In this document: positions 30,399-32,000 of the stretch, piece by piece | How the letters are laid out: each line of letters starts with the position of its first letter | How positions within the stretch are numbered: the first letter of the stretch is position 1 | From: Candidatus Pelagibacter sp. HTCC7211 | GTDB lineage: Bacteria; Pseudomonadota; Alphaproteobacteria; Pelagibacterales; Pelagibacteraceae | Reading direction: 5' to 3' | DNA length: 32,000 nucleotides | Assembly (NCBI RefSeq): GCF_000155895.1 | Contig: NZ_DS995298.1 | Coordinates: 1,350,001-1,382,000, forward strand | The notes under the pieces: generated by a model | Database searches by the model: none | What the model was told of the DNA's origin: nothing | The model's input: only the letters and a program-made list of their open reading frames with translations | Translations under genes and position numbers: made by a program

Positions 30399-31280
30399 TT
30401 AGCTTTGACTATCTAACCAAATTCCTGCAGCAGCTTTTGTGATATCTCGAATTCTTCCAATATATCCAGCTCTTTGAGCAACACTTATAGCACCTCTGGC
30501 ATCTAAAATATTAAATACATGGCTTGCCTTCAAGCACTGATCGTATGCAGGTAATGAAATATTTTTTTCAACAAGAGATTTTGCTTCCATCTCGTGCATA
30601 TCAAATATTTTAAATAAATTTTCAATATTTGCATGCTCAAAATTATATGCTGAAAATTCTTTTTCTGCTTGATGAAAAACTTCTTGATACTTTACTCCCT
30701 CATCATTCCATAATAAATCGTAAACATTTTTTTTTTGTTGAGTGAACATGCAAATTCTCTCTAATCCATAAGTAATTTCAACTGAAACAGGTTTACATTC
30801 AAAGCCAGCCATCTGTTGAAAATAGGTAAATTGTGTTATTTCCATTCCATCACACCAAACTTCCCACCCTAAACCAGCCGCACCTAAAGTTGGGCTTTCC
30901 CAATCATCTTCAACAAATCTAACATCGTGTTCGTTATGATCGATACCGATAACTGACAAGCTATTAAGGTATAATTTTTTAATATTTTCTGGTGACGGTT
31001 TAATTAAAACTTGAAATTGATAGTAATGTTGTAATCTATTAGGATTATTTCCATACCTTCCATCTGTTGGCCTTCTTGAGGGTTGAACATAAGCTGCTTT
31101 CCATGGTTTCGAACCAAGAGATCTAAGCGTTGTCGCTGGATGAAATGTACCTGCACCTACTTCCATGTCATAAGGTTGCAAGACAATACATCCTTTTTTA
31201 CTCCAAAATTTTTGAAGATTTAAAATCGATTCTTGAAATGTTTGAATTTTTTGTTTTGGTTTTTTTATTTTAGAAACCAT
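30399..31280 (-). CDS. glyQ: Glycyl-tRNA synthetase alpha subunit
   Basis: Highly conserved GlyQ sequence ([44 protein letters not shown]). I place the start at ATG 31280 (MVSKIKK...), and the track start at 31304 adds 8 residues. Either start overlaps the end of the sppA-like gene. Confidence 0.93.
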   Translation of the reverse strand: MVSKIKKPKQKIQTFQESILNLQKFWSKKGCIVLQPYDMEVGAGTFHPATTLRSLGSKPWKAAYVQPSRRPTDGRYGNNPNRLQHYYQFQVLIKPSPENIKKLYLNSLSVIGIDHNEHDVRFVEDDWESPTLGAAGLGWEVWCDGMEITQFTYFQQMAGFECKPVSVEITYGLERICMFTQQKKNVYDLLWNDEGVKYQEVFHQAEKEFSAYNFEHANIENLFKIFDMHEMEAKSLVEKNISLPAYDQCLKASHVFNILDARGAISVAQRAGYIGRIRDITKAAAGIWLDSQS

Positions 31281-32000
31281 ATCTTTGCCAAATCGACCTT
31301 TCATCCAAAATGTTTGCTAATTGATCTACTTGATTATTTGATGAAGAAAGTTTTTGACTTAACCAACCTTTTGTTTTTTCAAATTTTTTAATTATTACAT
31401 CGTCTCCAAATTTTTCTTTTAAAACTTCATGCGCGTTACCAATTCCATCTATCAATCCTAAATCTTTTGCCTTGCTACCTGACCAAAATTCTCCTGAAAA
31501 AAGTTCAACTCCAGATTTATCTAGCTTCAGACCTCTGCTTTTTTCTACAACGTCAATAAAATCTTTGTGTAAATCTATTTGGATTTTTTTTAATCTTTCA
31601 ATATCTTCATTTTTTTCTTCAAGAAATGGATCCAAAGTACTTTTATTTTTTCCTGCAGTATGGACTCTTCTTTCAACACCTATTTTTTTTATCAATTCAG
31701 TAAAGCCAAATGAAGAATAAATTACTCCTATTGATCCAATTATTGAGCTTGAATTTGCATAAATTTCATCTCCAGCACAGGAAATTAAATAACCTCCAGA
31801 GGCAGCTACATCCTCAGCAAACACTATAACCTTTTTTTTATTTTTTTTTGCTTCTTGTCTAATAAAACTATAAATCAAATGTGACTGTACAGGTGACCCT
31901 CCAGGTGAATTGATTGTAATAGCTACAGTGTGAGCTTTTTTAAGCGAAAAAGCCTTTTTTATAACTTCTTCTTGACCAGCAAAGTCAATCCCTTGTTTGA
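31270..32000 (-). CDS. S49-family signal-peptide peptidase (SppA/SohB-like); N-terminus lies beyond the right window edge
   Basis: The frame stays open to the window end. My translation upstream of the track start reads [45 protein letters not shown]..., followed by the catalytic-Ser context [11 protein letters not shown]. The track start is only an internal TTG. Confidence 0.8.
   Translation of the reverse strand, partial: KQGIDFAGQEEVIKKAFSLKKAHTVAITINSPGGSPVQSHLIYSFIRQEAKKNKKKVIVFAEDVAASGGYLISCAGDEIYANSSSIIGSIGVIYSSFGFTELIKKIGVERRVHTAGKNKSTLDPFLEEKNEDIERLKKIQIDLHKDFIDVVEKSRGLKLDKSGVELFSGEFWSGSKAKDLGLIDGIGNAHEVLKEKFGDDVIIKKFEKTKGWLSQKLSSSNNQVDQLANILDERSIWQRYGF

Overview
This is an AT-rich (about 30% GC by eye), very gene-dense chromosomal core segment. 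It looks like a streamlined alphaproteobacterium of the SAR11/Pelagibacter type. That assignment is an inference from composition, gene overlaps, a permuted tmRNA and glyQ-glyS-ppdK synteny. I support 27 protein-coding genes and one ncRNA. Left to right they are: a partial pilD, a GAF-PP2C phosphatase, and then a 19-gene co-directional minus-strand array (1947-23564). The array holds a DadA-like oxidoreductase, rodA, mrdA, mreDCB, leuA, a four-gene family-5 peptide-type ABC importer, ilvC, ilvH, ilvB, miaA, degP, a DUF2065 gene, hflC and hflK. After it come mrp/apbC, thyX, a two-piece tmRNA, ppdK, glyS, glyQ and a partial sppA-like peptidase. I found no mobile elements, CRISPR array, tRNA/rRNA, defence or toxin genes, or compositional island, and no convincing novel multi-gene system. 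The window reads as ordinary housekeeping core. The points worth a second look are small in scale:
- the circularly permuted tmRNA, with an 11-nt linker and an odd T-loop, which an ORF caller overwrites with a false thyX extension
- a perfect 15-bp stem-loop between the ABC binding-protein gene and its permease genes
- TAATG stop/start overlaps joining functionally unrelated genes (leuA-mreB, glyS-ppdK)
- convergent and divergent gene pairs with no room for terminators or promoters
- an Mrp/ApbC homologue lacking the CXXC motif
- an 18-bp perfect palindrome on a putative promoter

All promoter calls are hexamer matches found by eye in an AT-rich background and have low confidence.
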